A DNA stretch of 26,962 nt from a virus (taxonomy: Duplodnaviria > Caudoviricetes): IMG/VR virus record IMGVR_UViG_3300025018_000474, positions 1-26,962 of that record; one strand, written 5' to 3'. The notes beneath the pieces are model-generated. The model ran no database searches. It was not told where the DNA came from and saw only the letters and a program-made list of their open reading frames with translations. How positions within the stretch are numbered: the first letter of the stretch is position 1; each line of letters begins with the position of its first letter. Below are positions 10,001 through 17,993 of the stretch, piece after piece. Position numbers and translations under genes: made by a program.

Positions 10001-10953
10001 GCTACTAAGTTTTGTTTATAATAATTTAACATTAATCTAATATCTTCTTTCATATAAGGAACTTTCAATAATTCTGGTTCTTCATTAGGTCTTATATGAT
10101 ATATCAATAATCCATTATTAATAAGTTCATACCCCCAACTTTCCAACATATAAGCATACAAACTTACTTGTAGTGTATAGATAGTTCCTTTACAATCTTC
10201 TAAATAAGTAAGAGGATATAACATAGGCATTGGTTTATCTAACCATTGATTAGTTTTAATATACTTACCATTTATTAATTCTTTTTTATAGTACCCTGAT
10301 TTAAAGTGTATAATATCTTTATTGGTTTTCCAGTCAATAATTAAAAACTTATTACCTTTAACTACTAAACAATCTATCATACCAGATACTTCGTATTCAT
10401 CTATATATACTTTCTTTTCAGCATATATAGTACAACCTGTATTAATATAATATAGTAAAGTATGATATATCTTAGGAAATATAGATAATAGATTAGTTTT
10501 ATCTAAATCATGTTGACTAGAATAGAATTGGATTTCTTCCCCAGTAAGAGGTTTAATAGTAATGTTCGTATCCCCTTCACTATCATTTTTACTATCATTA
10601 ACACTACCTTCTAAATAATCATGTATCTTATTACCTCTATCACAAGCTACTTTAGTAGTATCATCCCAACCATTTTTCATCATTTTACACCCTTCTCTAT
10701 ACATCTCTATACTATATAAAGAATCTAAAGAATGTGGTGTATTATTTACATATATGATTTCATATTCTTCTTCTGCTCTTACTCTTAAATGAAATGTTTC
10801 TTTTAAGGTAGAATACATAGCCCAATACCTTCTATTAAAAGGTTTCTTAAACTTACTAACTATAGTAGTACATGAAATATAGGGTTTACCTTTACGTAAA
10901 TAAGTATGTGAAGTAGGGTCAAATATTATATCAGATTGTATTATTGTATTCAT
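9997..10953 (-). CDS. PD-(D/E)XK (RecB/Cas4-like) nuclease
   Basis: RGNKIH, EKKVY, SGMIDCL, IIDWKT, YTLQVSLY motifs; ATG at 10953 preferred over the GTG at 10992 that overlaps the upstream gene. Confidence 0.85.
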   Translation of the reverse strand: MNTIIQSDIIFDPTSHTYLRKGKPYISCTTIVSKFKKPFNRRYWAMYSTLKETFHLRVRAEEEYEIIYVNNTPHSLDSLYSIEMYREGCKMMKNGWDDTTKVACDRGNKIHDYLEGSVNDSKNDSEGDTNITIKPLTGEEIQFYSSQHDLDKTNLLSIFPKIYHTLLYYINTGCTIYAEKKVYIDEYEVSGMIDCLVVKGNKFLIIDWKTNKDIIHFKSGYYKKELINGKYIKTNQWLDKPMPMLYPLTYLEDCKGTIYTLQVSLYAYMLESWGYELINNGLLIYHIRPNEEPELLKVPYMKEDIRLMLNYYKQNLVA

Positions 10954-10957
10954 ATCT

Positions 10958-11629
10958 TTAATCCTCACGACTACCAAGCTCCCCACCACCATATAGTTTC
11001 TTCTTACCTTCTTGTTCTTTCCTCATTTTCTCATATAAATCTTCTAAGGCTTTATAAGCATTAGGTAAAATTCCACTTAACTTAATTACTTCTTGTGTAT
11101 TCTTACTTAGATTTTCAGTAAGCTTATCAAGCATATATTCTTTAGATTCTAATTGGTCAGGAGTTATACTATCATCTTCTAATTCTAATTTAAGTTTATT
11201 TATCTTAGCCCTAGTCCTAGAGTTAGCTTCATTAAACAAAGCTAAATCTTCCCCTATAGAATATAAACCCCTACTAGCATTATAATAAGCGTGTTCACTA
11301 CCAGTTAGTTTACGACTTTCTTCATACTTTAATATAGCTTCTTTTATTAATATAGATTCTTTCCAATCTTTACCTAACTCTGCTTCTTCTTTAGCTTTAG
11401 CTTTTCTTAATTTAATTGGTAAATCTCTATAGATAGACTTAGGGTCAACTACATGGTATATATATTTAAACTCTTTAAATGATTGAAATTTCTTTCTACC
11501 ATCTGAATCACCAACACTTCCTCTATCCCTTTCTATAATAAGTCTAAACTCTCTTATACTTCTAGTTTCTTTCTTATTAATTATAAGTAAACCATTCTCA
11601 TCTATTGAAAATAAACTTCTATTCTCCAT
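10958..11629 (-). CDS. Conserved crAss-like protein upstream of terminase (function unknown; small-terminase candidate)
   Basis: 223 aa; ERDR...FKEFKYIYHVVDPKSIY pattern then coiled coil; position in the packaging operon. Confidence 0.6.
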   Translation of the reverse strand: MENRSLFSIDENGLLIINKKETRSIREFRLIIERDRGSVGDSDGRKKFQSFKEFKYIYHVVDPKSIYRDLPIKLRKAKAKEEAELGKDWKESILIKEAILKYEESRKLTGSEHAYYNASRGLYSIGEDLALFNEANSRTRAKINKLKLELEDDSITPDQLESKEYMLDKLTENLSKNTQEVIKLSGILPNAYKALEDLYEKMRKEQEGKKKLYGGGELGSRED

Positions 11630-12056
11630 TCTGTTCTTCTATTAGCTTACTTAATCTATCATATATAATCTTACCATTAGATATATTAGGAGTTCTAACT
11701 ACATCTACTACTGTAAGTTCTGTTTCTCTTTCTTTTTTCCACCTAGCTTTATGTCTTTGTATAGTAGCTATCTTACCTTCTAACACCTTCTGCTCAAATT
11801 CTATTTCACTATAGAAGTCTTTAATTTTATTAAGTTCCATTATCCTTCTAATGGTATCAGATTTATTTATAAATAAAAACCTTCCTATTACTGGTAGTTT
11901 AATACTAAGACCTTTCTTTAATCCATATACAGTACCCCTAAATTGAGAATCAACTACATCTAATATCTCTTCCTCACTCATTTCTATAGGGTATTTCTTT
12001 TCTATCTGTATCTTAACTTCTTTTGTTATACGTCTTATAGTATCATCTACATTCAT
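11619..12056 (-). CDS. HU/IHF-like DNA-binding protein
   Basis: Helix-helix followed by SQF...SIKLPVIGRF, resembling the HU/IHF (V/I)xLxxFGxF motif; such genes occur in crAss-like packaging operons. Confidence 0.6.
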   Translation of the reverse strand: MNVDDTIRRITKEVKIQIEKKYPIEMSEEEILDVVDSQFRGTVYGLKKGLSIKLPVIGRFLFINKSDTIRRIMELNKIKDFYSEIEFEQKVLEGKIATIQRHKARWKKERETELTVVDVVRTPNISNGKIIYDRLSKLIEEQNGE

Positions 12057-12147
12057 ATCAATATACTAATTACCAAACCCACAATTCCCATTTAATTCTA
12101 TTGTAGTATAATCTCTTATTATTATCCCAGTAATAGATAATAACTAA

Positions 12148-12588
12148 CTAATCCTTAACTGCACTCATTAGTGGTTTACCATTAGAAGTAACCAAATTAC
12201 CAATCTGTTCCTTTTTCTTTTTCTTCTCATCTTCCTTATTGAGAATATTAATATGGGACATTATAGTATAATTAGTAAACATCTGATACATCAAATCCCT
12301 AAGTAATTGTAGTTTCCAATACTTACTCCTAGAAGCTTCTGTTATATTCTTTAAAGGAACATGAGCAATATATAGAATAAAATTACCATCTATAGTATTT
12401 ACTCTTAATTGTAATGTTTTATAATTCTTAATAATACTACTACCTGATTGTAATGGTTTATCTGCATCTAATATTTCTAATGTATAGACATTAGATACTT
12501 TTTGTTTCTTAGCTTCTTTATTCCAAGCTATGACATACTCTTGCATCTGATTCCAGAGCATATCTGGGTAATTATCTTCTTTACTCAT
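12148..12588 (-). CDS. Hypothetical protein
   Basis: 146-aa ORF, start coupled to the upstream ORF stop (ATGA overlap). Confidence 0.75.
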   Translation of the reverse strand: MSKEDNYPDMLWNQMQEYVIAWNKEAKKQKVSNVYTLEILDADKPLQSGSSIIKNYKTLQLRVNTIDGNFILYIAHVPLKNITEASRSKYWKLQLLRDLMYQMFTNYTIMSHINILNKEDEKKKKKEQIGNLVTSNGKPLMSAVKD

Positions 12589-12734
12589 TTTGTAATATTA
12601 GTTGTAAATGTTTCTTTAGTTTTAGTAGGTGATATATATTGTACGTTAGGTGAATTATCATAAATAGACAAATCTATAAATATTAGCTCTGCTTTTGCTA
12701 ACGGTTCTTTTAGTTTTTTCTGTTTCTTCTCCAT
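12585..12734 (-). CDS. Small hypothetical protein (49 aa), first ORF of the leftward operon
   Basis: MEKKQKKLKEPLAKAELIFIDLSIYDNSPNVQYISPTKTKETFTTNITK*; TGA overlaps the next ATG; lies just behind a consensus promoter. Confidence 0.6.
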   Translation of the reverse strand: MEKKQKKLKEPLAKAELIFIDLSIYDNSPNVQYISPTKTKETFTTNITK

Positions 12735-12756
12735 ACTTATTAATTTTTAACTTAAT

Positions 12757-12787
12757 CAAAGTTATAAAATTATAATAAGGTAACAAA
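12757..12787 (-). promoter_or_regulatory. Bacteroidota-type primary sigma promoter for the leftward operon
   Basis: TTTG (12787-12784), 19-nt spacer, TAACTTTG (12764-12757): exact TTTG-N19-TAnnTTTG. Confidence 0.75.
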
Positions 12788-12828
12788 TTTTCAAATAAAG
12801 TTTTACCGAATTTATACCATTATATAAT

Positions 12829-12856
12829 AAGAAAAAGGGTAGCCCAATGACTACCC
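12829..12856 (-). terminator. Intrinsic terminator
   Basis: - strand GGGTAGTC-ATTG-GGCTACCC followed by TTTTTCTT. Confidence 0.7.
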
Positions 12857-12918
12857 CTTAAATTAACCCAAACTAAACCAAACCAACCAAAACTTAACCT
12901 ATGAAAAAAAAATGCTCG
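12829..12918 (-). ncRNA. Candidate ~85-90 nt U/G-rich small RNA
   Basis: ORF-free segment between a near-consensus promoter (12951-12921) and a terminator (12856-12829). Confidence 0.5.
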
Positions 12919-12920
12919 AA

Positions 12921-12951
12921 CTAATATACTACTATATATGGAAAAATCAAA
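12921..12951 (-). promoter_or_regulatory. Near-consensus Bacteroidota-type promoter
   Basis: TTTG (12951-12948), 19-nt spacer, TATATTAG (12928-12921; one mismatch to TAnnTTTG). Confidence 0.5.
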
Positions 12952-13309
12952 ATAAAATACCAAAAAACATAAAAATTATTTGTGATAGTAGTAAGAAATA
13001 ATATAAAAACATAGGAGTAACATATAATAGTATAAAATTTTATAGTAAAAAATTTTTTATGGTGAAAAAATTAGGGGTAATAGAAATATAAAAAGGTATT
13101 AGTATAAAAGAAAGGAATTTTTAGGGTATAATAAAGTATTATAATAAAGTAGTATATAAAAGTATTAAAAAATTTAGTTGGTGTGTATAAGATAGAACCA
13201 TCTTCATTTCAACCCACTACTAAGTTTTGGGAATGGAACTCCCCCGTACCACTTTTGGTACTACCAAGTGAGTTTCGCAGTCGTATTAAACAATTTAAAT
13301 CCATAAGTC

Positions 13310-13888
13310 ATGCGTACTTTAGCGATTGAAAAAGTGAGTGTTATCCGCCACAACAAAGTAGGCGAAGTAATTAATGTTGTAGCTATTCGTATTCCAGGTA
13401 AACCTGCAATACTTCGTAGCTTCGACCAGTTTGTAACAGATTTAAAGGATAGCTTTCTTATCAGTGATAGTGTCACCGATATGAACGACCCTGAAATCTT
13501 AGAGGTATTGGCTGATTTGCAAGGCGGTACTGTCACAGGTAATGTCACATTCCATAAAGAGGGTGACACCTACAAGATTGATGAAAACCATCCAGCTATT
13601 ACCAATCCGAACCACAGGTTATATGGTAAGGTATCAGTTGGGCAGGAGATGAAAACAGAGAAAGATGGTAGCCGTATTACAGAGGGTTTCTTAACTCTTA
13701 AGAGAGAAGTGACCAGTCAGGTAATTCATAAGAGTGCTAATTCTTATGCGAATAAGAGATTAGCTCTGGAAGGCTTCCTGAAATCAGTAGGTGTGGGTAC
13801 TCCACGTGGTCAGGCCCCAACTGATACTGATGATTTCGAAATTGAAGAGGTAGCATTACAGAAAGAAGCTGTAGGGGGAGTAAAGTAG
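13310..13888 (+). CDS. Hypothetical protein, first gene of the rightward arm
   Basis: 192-aa ORF, visibly higher GC and different codon usage, acidic C-terminal region, own terminator. Confidence 0.85.
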   Translation: MRTLAIEKVSVIRHNKVGEVINVVAIRIPGKPAILRSFDQFVTDLKDSFLISDSVTDMNDPEILEVLADLQGGTVTGNVTFHKEGDTYKIDENHPAITNPNHRLYGKVSVGQEMKTEKDGSRITEGFLTLKREVTSQVIHKSANSYANKRLALEGFLKSVGVGTPRGQAPTDTDDFEIEEVALQKEAVGGVK

Positions 13889-13894
13889 GGTTTT

Positions 13895-13926
13895 GGGGAT
13901 AGCAGGTATTGACCTGCTTCCCCTTT
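13895..13926 (+). terminator. Intrinsic terminator
   Basis: GGGGA(T)AGCAGGT-ATTG-ACCTGCTTCCCC-TTT directly after the stop codon. Confidence 0.75.
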
Positions 13927-13981
13927 GCTAATAATTAACTAACAATTTATCTTTATTATTTATTAACTTAATATAACAACA

Positions 13982-14236
13982 ATGAAAATACTTAGAATAA
14001 TAGCAACAACTATACTATTAACAGCAGGATTTATATGTATCTTTGCAGAACTAACTATTGAGGATACTGGATACAAGTATTTAATTGCCAATATGATAGT
14101 TAGAACTTGTGGAGTACTAATGATTATCTATGCTTATCGTATCATACAATATATTAACGACATAGAACCTCTTGAAGTAGAGTATGAAGATGATGATATG
14201 GATAGAAAAGTATATGATGATGAAAAAATGAAGTAG
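13982..14236 (+). CDS. Small membrane protein (two hydrophobic helices, acidic tail)
   Basis: Hydrophobic stretches IIATTILLTAGFICIFA and LIANMIVRTCGVLMIIYAY; D/E-rich C-terminus. Confidence 0.75.
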   Translation: MKILRIIATTILLTAGFICIFAELTIEDTGYKYLIANMIVRTCGVLMIIYAYRIIQYINDIEPLEVEYEDDDMDRKVYDDEKMK

Positions 14237-14437
14237 TTTGTATAGCCGGAGGGAGTGGTAAATGTCTGTAAAGCGTCCATGTAGTAATTATATTATCACA
14301 CATTCTAACCTCTGGCTATTTTTATGATATATTGCGTTAAGTGTTAGAGTTAGTTAGTTTCTCCTACTGGAGTAGTAGATATAATCTATTACGAAGGTAG
14401 GAGATTACTAACTTTAATATCTGATTAAAAATAAAAA

Positions 14438-14710
14438 GGGTGGAAAACCATACCGAACCCATCACAAATGAAAATAGTAGTTTGTGATTGAATACAAGGA
14501 TGGAGGCAAATGGATGAGCCTTAGGACAAGATTCCATCGTATAAACTCAGGTAATAACCTGATACGTCAATAAAGTTAGTGGCTTATAACCACTCGTTGA
14601 AAGGTCGGTTTGCTACCGAATACGTTTTGTCAGAAACAAGTATGGCAGACTTGGGTGCAGGGATTAGGGATGCCTGTTAGAGAGAGTACCTGAAAGCTCT
14701 CTTAATTTTT
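14438..14710 (+). ncRNA. Candidate ~270-nt multi-hairpin structured RNA
   Basis: GC-enriched island with no long ORF and about eight consecutive stem-loops, ending in a hairpin plus U-rich tract. Confidence 0.6.
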
Positions 14711-15089
14711 TAAATATTAATAATATGGAGTTGTATTGAGGTATAATGGTGTGAGAGGGTGTCTATTAAGCAGTCTAACCCCTATCCACCCTACTTCCTA
14801 TCACCTCTAAACCCCATATTTTTAATCTTATATATATATCCATATTTTACCCTTATTTTCCTTATACGATATAATCTTTAATATTTTATATCTTATACGG
14901 ACAATAAAACCCTTCTATAATGGCTATAAATATCTATACTAACCTCATTTACTGGGAGATATGCAGATGTTAAATAGCATATTATTATTTTAGGTTTGGT
15001 ATTGCATATATGGAATAATATGTTATTAGATAATTATATTAATATATAAAATCCCTATATATTTGATATTCAAGGTTTTATATTTATCT

Positions 15090-15135
15090 TAGTACCCCAT
15101 TTTGGGGTGTTGTAGTACCCCATTTTGGGGTACTA
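15090..15135. repeat. Tandem 19-bp palindromic repeat (origin or protein-binding site candidate)
   Basis: TAGTACCCCATTTTGGGGT at 15090-15108 and 15113-15131; second copy extends to a 10-bp-arm inverted repeat (15113-15135); very AT-rich flanks. Confidence 0.8.
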
Positions 15136-15296
15136 GACTTTATAATATATTGAATATGAGATATATACAAATGTATTTTTAGAATGATTCTAAATAATAT
15201 TGCGATGATAATGTAATTATCAAGTAGTATAGTTAATATATTTGTTTACCCAGTAGGAGATGATAACTAAATAATAATAATAATACTATTACTACT

Positions 15297-15485
15297 ATGA
15301 ATATTACAATAAAAACAATAATACTATTGATATTATCAATAGTATTTATTACTGCTTATATAGTCAGTTTAACTTGCTTATATTTTTTAGTAAGTACTGA
15401 TGAACATATAAATACTAAAATATCTGTATTAACAATAAGTATTATATATTTGGTATTTTATATTTATATTGCCATAAATATATAA
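15297..15485 (+). CDS. Small membrane protein (two hydrophobic helices)
   Basis: 62-aa ORF, almost entirely hydrophobic with a short polar loop. Confidence 0.55.
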   Translation: MNITIKTIILLILSIVFITAYIVSLTCLYFLVSTDEHINTKISVLTISIIYLVFYIYIAINI

Positions 15486-15661
15486 GGACTAAGAGTTAGA
15501 TAGGGATTTAGCTCTGGTTTTGTGTAATAGTTCTTATAATAGAGAGTTGTCAGATTATCTGTTTTCATAGCTTATAATTAGTTTAGTTTAGATTGATATA
15601 TACTAATCAGATAACTCTCTATTTATATAGTTAAATATTAATAAAAATAATACTTAATAAT

Positions 15662-16267
15662 ATGACTAAAATTGAAATTGAACAATTTAATCCATGTTAT
15701 GATGGGTTAGAATTTAGAAAAAAGTATCTAGATTTTAAATCTGCTTGGGAAAATTGTCCTAGGGGGGATTGGATGCTATGGATAGCTAAAAAATTAGATG
15801 TTGATTTATATAAATTAACTACTGCTAAAGCATTATGTGCTAATACAGTAAGGCATTTAATGAATGATGAAAGAAGTATTAGGGCAGTTGATACAGCTTT
15901 ATTGTTTGGTGAAAGAAAAGCCAACAAGAAAGAATTAGTTGCTGCTAGTGATGATGCTTATGCAGTTTATACTAATGCTAGTACTGTTGCTATTTATGCT
16001 GCTGATGCTGCTTATGCAGCTGCTGCTATTCATTCTGCTGATGTTGCTGCTGCTACTGCTGATGCTGCTTATGCAGATGTTGTTGATGCCGCTGATGCTA
16101 CTGCTTATGCAGATGATTATGTATATGATTATGTAGATGATACTTATCTTACTACTACTGTTTATGCAGTTGCTGATAGGATTAAAATAAAAAATCAACT
16201 GCAAACCGCCAATATTTGTCGTAAAATATTGACGGAAGATGTATTTAAGAAACTTAATATAAAATAG
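15662..16267 (+). CDS. Phage protein with AWxxCPRGDWMLW N-terminal motif and Ala/Asp/Tyr low-complexity repeat
   Basis: 201 aa; repeated GCTGATGCTGCTTATGCAG units (16001-16019, 16058-16076). Confidence 0.85.
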   Translation: MTKIEIEQFNPCYDGLEFRKKYLDFKSAWENCPRGDWMLWIAKKLDVDLYKLTTAKALCANTVRHLMNDERSIRAVDTALLFGERKANKKELVAASDDAYAVYTNASTVAIYAADAAYAAAAIHSADVAAATADAAYADVVDAADATAYADDYVYDYVDDTYLTTTVYAVADRIKIKNQLQTANICRKILTEDVFKKLNIK

Positions 16268-16323
16268 TATAAAACTTTTATAATTCACTATTTTTTATTA
16301 ATTTTCATAAAAATTATATTATT

Positions 16324-16593
16324 ATGGTAGAAGAATGGGCAGAAATAGAAGAATCTACTGGTTATAGTATAAGTAATAAAGGTAGGGTAAAGAAAGGAAA
16401 TATTATTTACCCTACCTATACCCTTACCAAGAATGGTATAGCCATTTATCTATCTATAGATAGTAAGGCTGTCTTATATTTAGTTGATGATTTAGTTGAA
16501 AAGTATTTTGGTGAAATAAATACTATAATACTTAAACCCTCATCAATTATAAGAAATCGTAAACCTAAAAAATGTTGTGGTAACAACAAATAA
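16324..16593 (+). CDS. NUMOD4-like protein without a recognisable HNH active site
   Basis: EEWAEIEESTGYSISNKGRVK matches the NUMOD4 pattern; YLVDDLVEKYF parallels VHRLVAxAF. Confidence 0.65.
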   Translation: MVEEWAEIEESTGYSISNKGRVKKGNIIYPTYTLTKNGIAIYLSIDSKAVLYLVDDLVEKYFGEINTIILKPSSIIRNRKPKKCCGNNK

Positions 16594-16606
16594 TAATAAT
16601 ATAGAT

Positions 16607-17191
16607 ATGATAACGAAACATCTCTTAGGTACTAAACTTAAAGTACAAGAAGATGGTAAAATATTTAGTAATGGTAAAGAATTAGCAATAAATACTACTG
16701 GTACTTATGATATGGTTAAAATATCTATCAAAGGTAGGTACAGAAATTTTAGAGTAGATTATGTAGTTGCTAATTCTTTTTTCCCTTTATTAGATGAAGA
16801 TGGGGAAGTAATACATCTTGATTATGATTTACATAATCATAGCTATACTAACTTACAATGGATTAGTTTTGAATCTGATATTGCAATAGATGCCTTAACT
16901 AATGATTGTTTAATATTATGTATAGATGTTTTTACATCTAACCTTATCTCTTTCTACAGGGGGGAACGTCATGTATGTATTAAAAATAATACAACATTAG
17001 AAGAGCTTACACCCCATCTAATACAACCTATAATACCTATTAATAATAAATTATTCTTTAGATTAATAGATATTAATGTAATAGATATAAATACAGCTTA
17101 TATGATATTTGAAGTATCAGATAAAATGTATGTAATACGTTATAATCAGGATATGATGTACAAATTAGTTAAATTACTCAAAAATGAATGA
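16607..17191 (+). CDS. Divergent HNH endonuclease-family protein
   Basis: VDYVVANSFFP...VIHLDYDLHNHSYTNLQW follows the phage HNH pattern; ATG at 16607 preferred to GTG at 16577. Confidence 0.7.
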   Translation: MITKHLLGTKLKVQEDGKIFSNGKELAINTTGTYDMVKISIKGRYRNFRVDYVVANSFFPLLDEDGEVIHLDYDLHNHSYTNLQWISFESDIAIDALTNDCLILCIDVFTSNLISFYRGERHVCIKNNTTLEELTPHLIQPIIPINNKLFFRLIDINVIDINTAYMIFEVSDKMYVIRYNQDMMYKLVKLLKNE

Positions 17192-17504
17192 AACTATATT
17201 TGATATAAAAGAAAAACTTCCTATCAATATAGTTATTATACCTTTTGACCATAATATAGAAAGGTTAACAGGTTATATTGATATAATAATTTCTGATACT
17301 AAATTATATCTTACCAATAATACAAATTTTACTATTAATGATATAGTTGATATACCTATTAATGTAAAAAGTATATCTGTAAAATCTGAAGATAGTCATT
17401 TTTTACTTAATAATTTTATGAATACAATAATATTTACAACTAGTAGTTATTTTATTACTACTTATATAAATGGGTTTAAGGTCAAAAGGCAATCCAATAA
17501 TTAA
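17184..17504 (+). CDS. Hypothetical protein
   Basis: 106-aa ORF overlapping the upstream gene end. Confidence 0.7.
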   Translation: MNETIFDIKEKLPINIVIIPFDHNIERLTGYIDIIISDTKLYLTNNTNFTINDIVDIPINVKSISVKSEDSHFLLNNFMNTIIFTTSSYFITTYINGFKVKRQSNN

Positions 17505-17524
17505 AACTAAATACAAAATGCTAA

Positions 17525-17788
17525 ATGAATAACGCAAAAAACTCCCAATTAACTATAATACGTGTTATACGCATACCCATTTTATCCTATTATGGTGGTG
17601 GTTATCGTTTAGAATACGACGGTAAATACATAACGCTTATCGGAAAAGATAAAAACTACAAGTGTATGTTTGGTGAGGATTATGAAGAAATGGTCTTGAT
17701 TCCAGTTGTGGAAGAAATTAGAAATGCTGAACCTGAAATTATAGAAACGACAAATAAGGAGATTGTGGTTTCTTTAGGTTATGCATAA
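17525..17788 (+). CDS. Hypothetical protein (cassette-like gene)
   Basis: 87-aa ORF; stop codon lies in GCATAAC. Confidence 0.75.
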   Translation: MNNAKNSQLTIIRVIRIPILSYYGGGYRLEYDGKYITLIGKDKNYKCMFGEDYEEMVLIPVVEEIRNAEPEIIETTNKEIVVSLGYA

Positions 17789-17908
17789 CGTTGGTGGTAT
17801 GGTTAGTTGGGGATTGTGAGGTACTGATATATCAAATTACAAAGGATTACAAGCAGAATAAACGGATTGTCTTTATAATTGGCACTAATGGTTCGTATAT
17901 AAGTAGTT

Positions 17909-17993
17909 GGGGAGATAGTAATAATGGTAAAACATAATACAAGTCTTTGGAGAAAACGGTATTAAGATTTGAGTTCGGTCCTCAATCTCTCCA
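17909..17993 (+). tRNA. Degenerate tRNA-like element with expanded anticodon loop (possible pseudo-tRNA-Gln UUG)
   Basis: Acceptor GGGGAGA/TCTCTCC+A, D-loop TAATGGTA, stem TAATAC/GTATTA around an 18-nt loop containing CTTTGGA, T-arm TTGAG-TTCGGTC-CTCAA. Confidence 0.55.

Noticed and set aside
11605-11814. 69-aa + strand ORF
   Set aside because: Antisense shadow of the HU/IHF-like gene
12068-12150. Possible TAG read-through extension of the 146-aa ORF, suggesting amber recoding
   Set aside because: All long genes are intact in the standard code, other TAGs behave as true stops, and the extension is not convincingly protein-like
13261-13569. 102-aa - strand ORF
   Set aside because: Antisense to the well-supported 192-aa gene
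14438-14710. Hammerhead ribozyme, retron msr-msd or intron core
   Set aside because: No CUGAUGA/GAAA core in the right arrangement, no reverse transcriptase in the window, no group I or II core motifs
15090-15135. Palindromic repeats as a mini CRISPR array
   Set aside because: Only two copies separated by 4 bp; no spacers and no cas operon (the PD-(D/E)XK gene is a stand-alone phage nuclease)
15697-16288. Overlapping ORFs 15697-15927, 15935-16288 and 15939-16136
   Set aside because: By-products of the 201-aa gene and its GCT/GAT/TAT codon repeats
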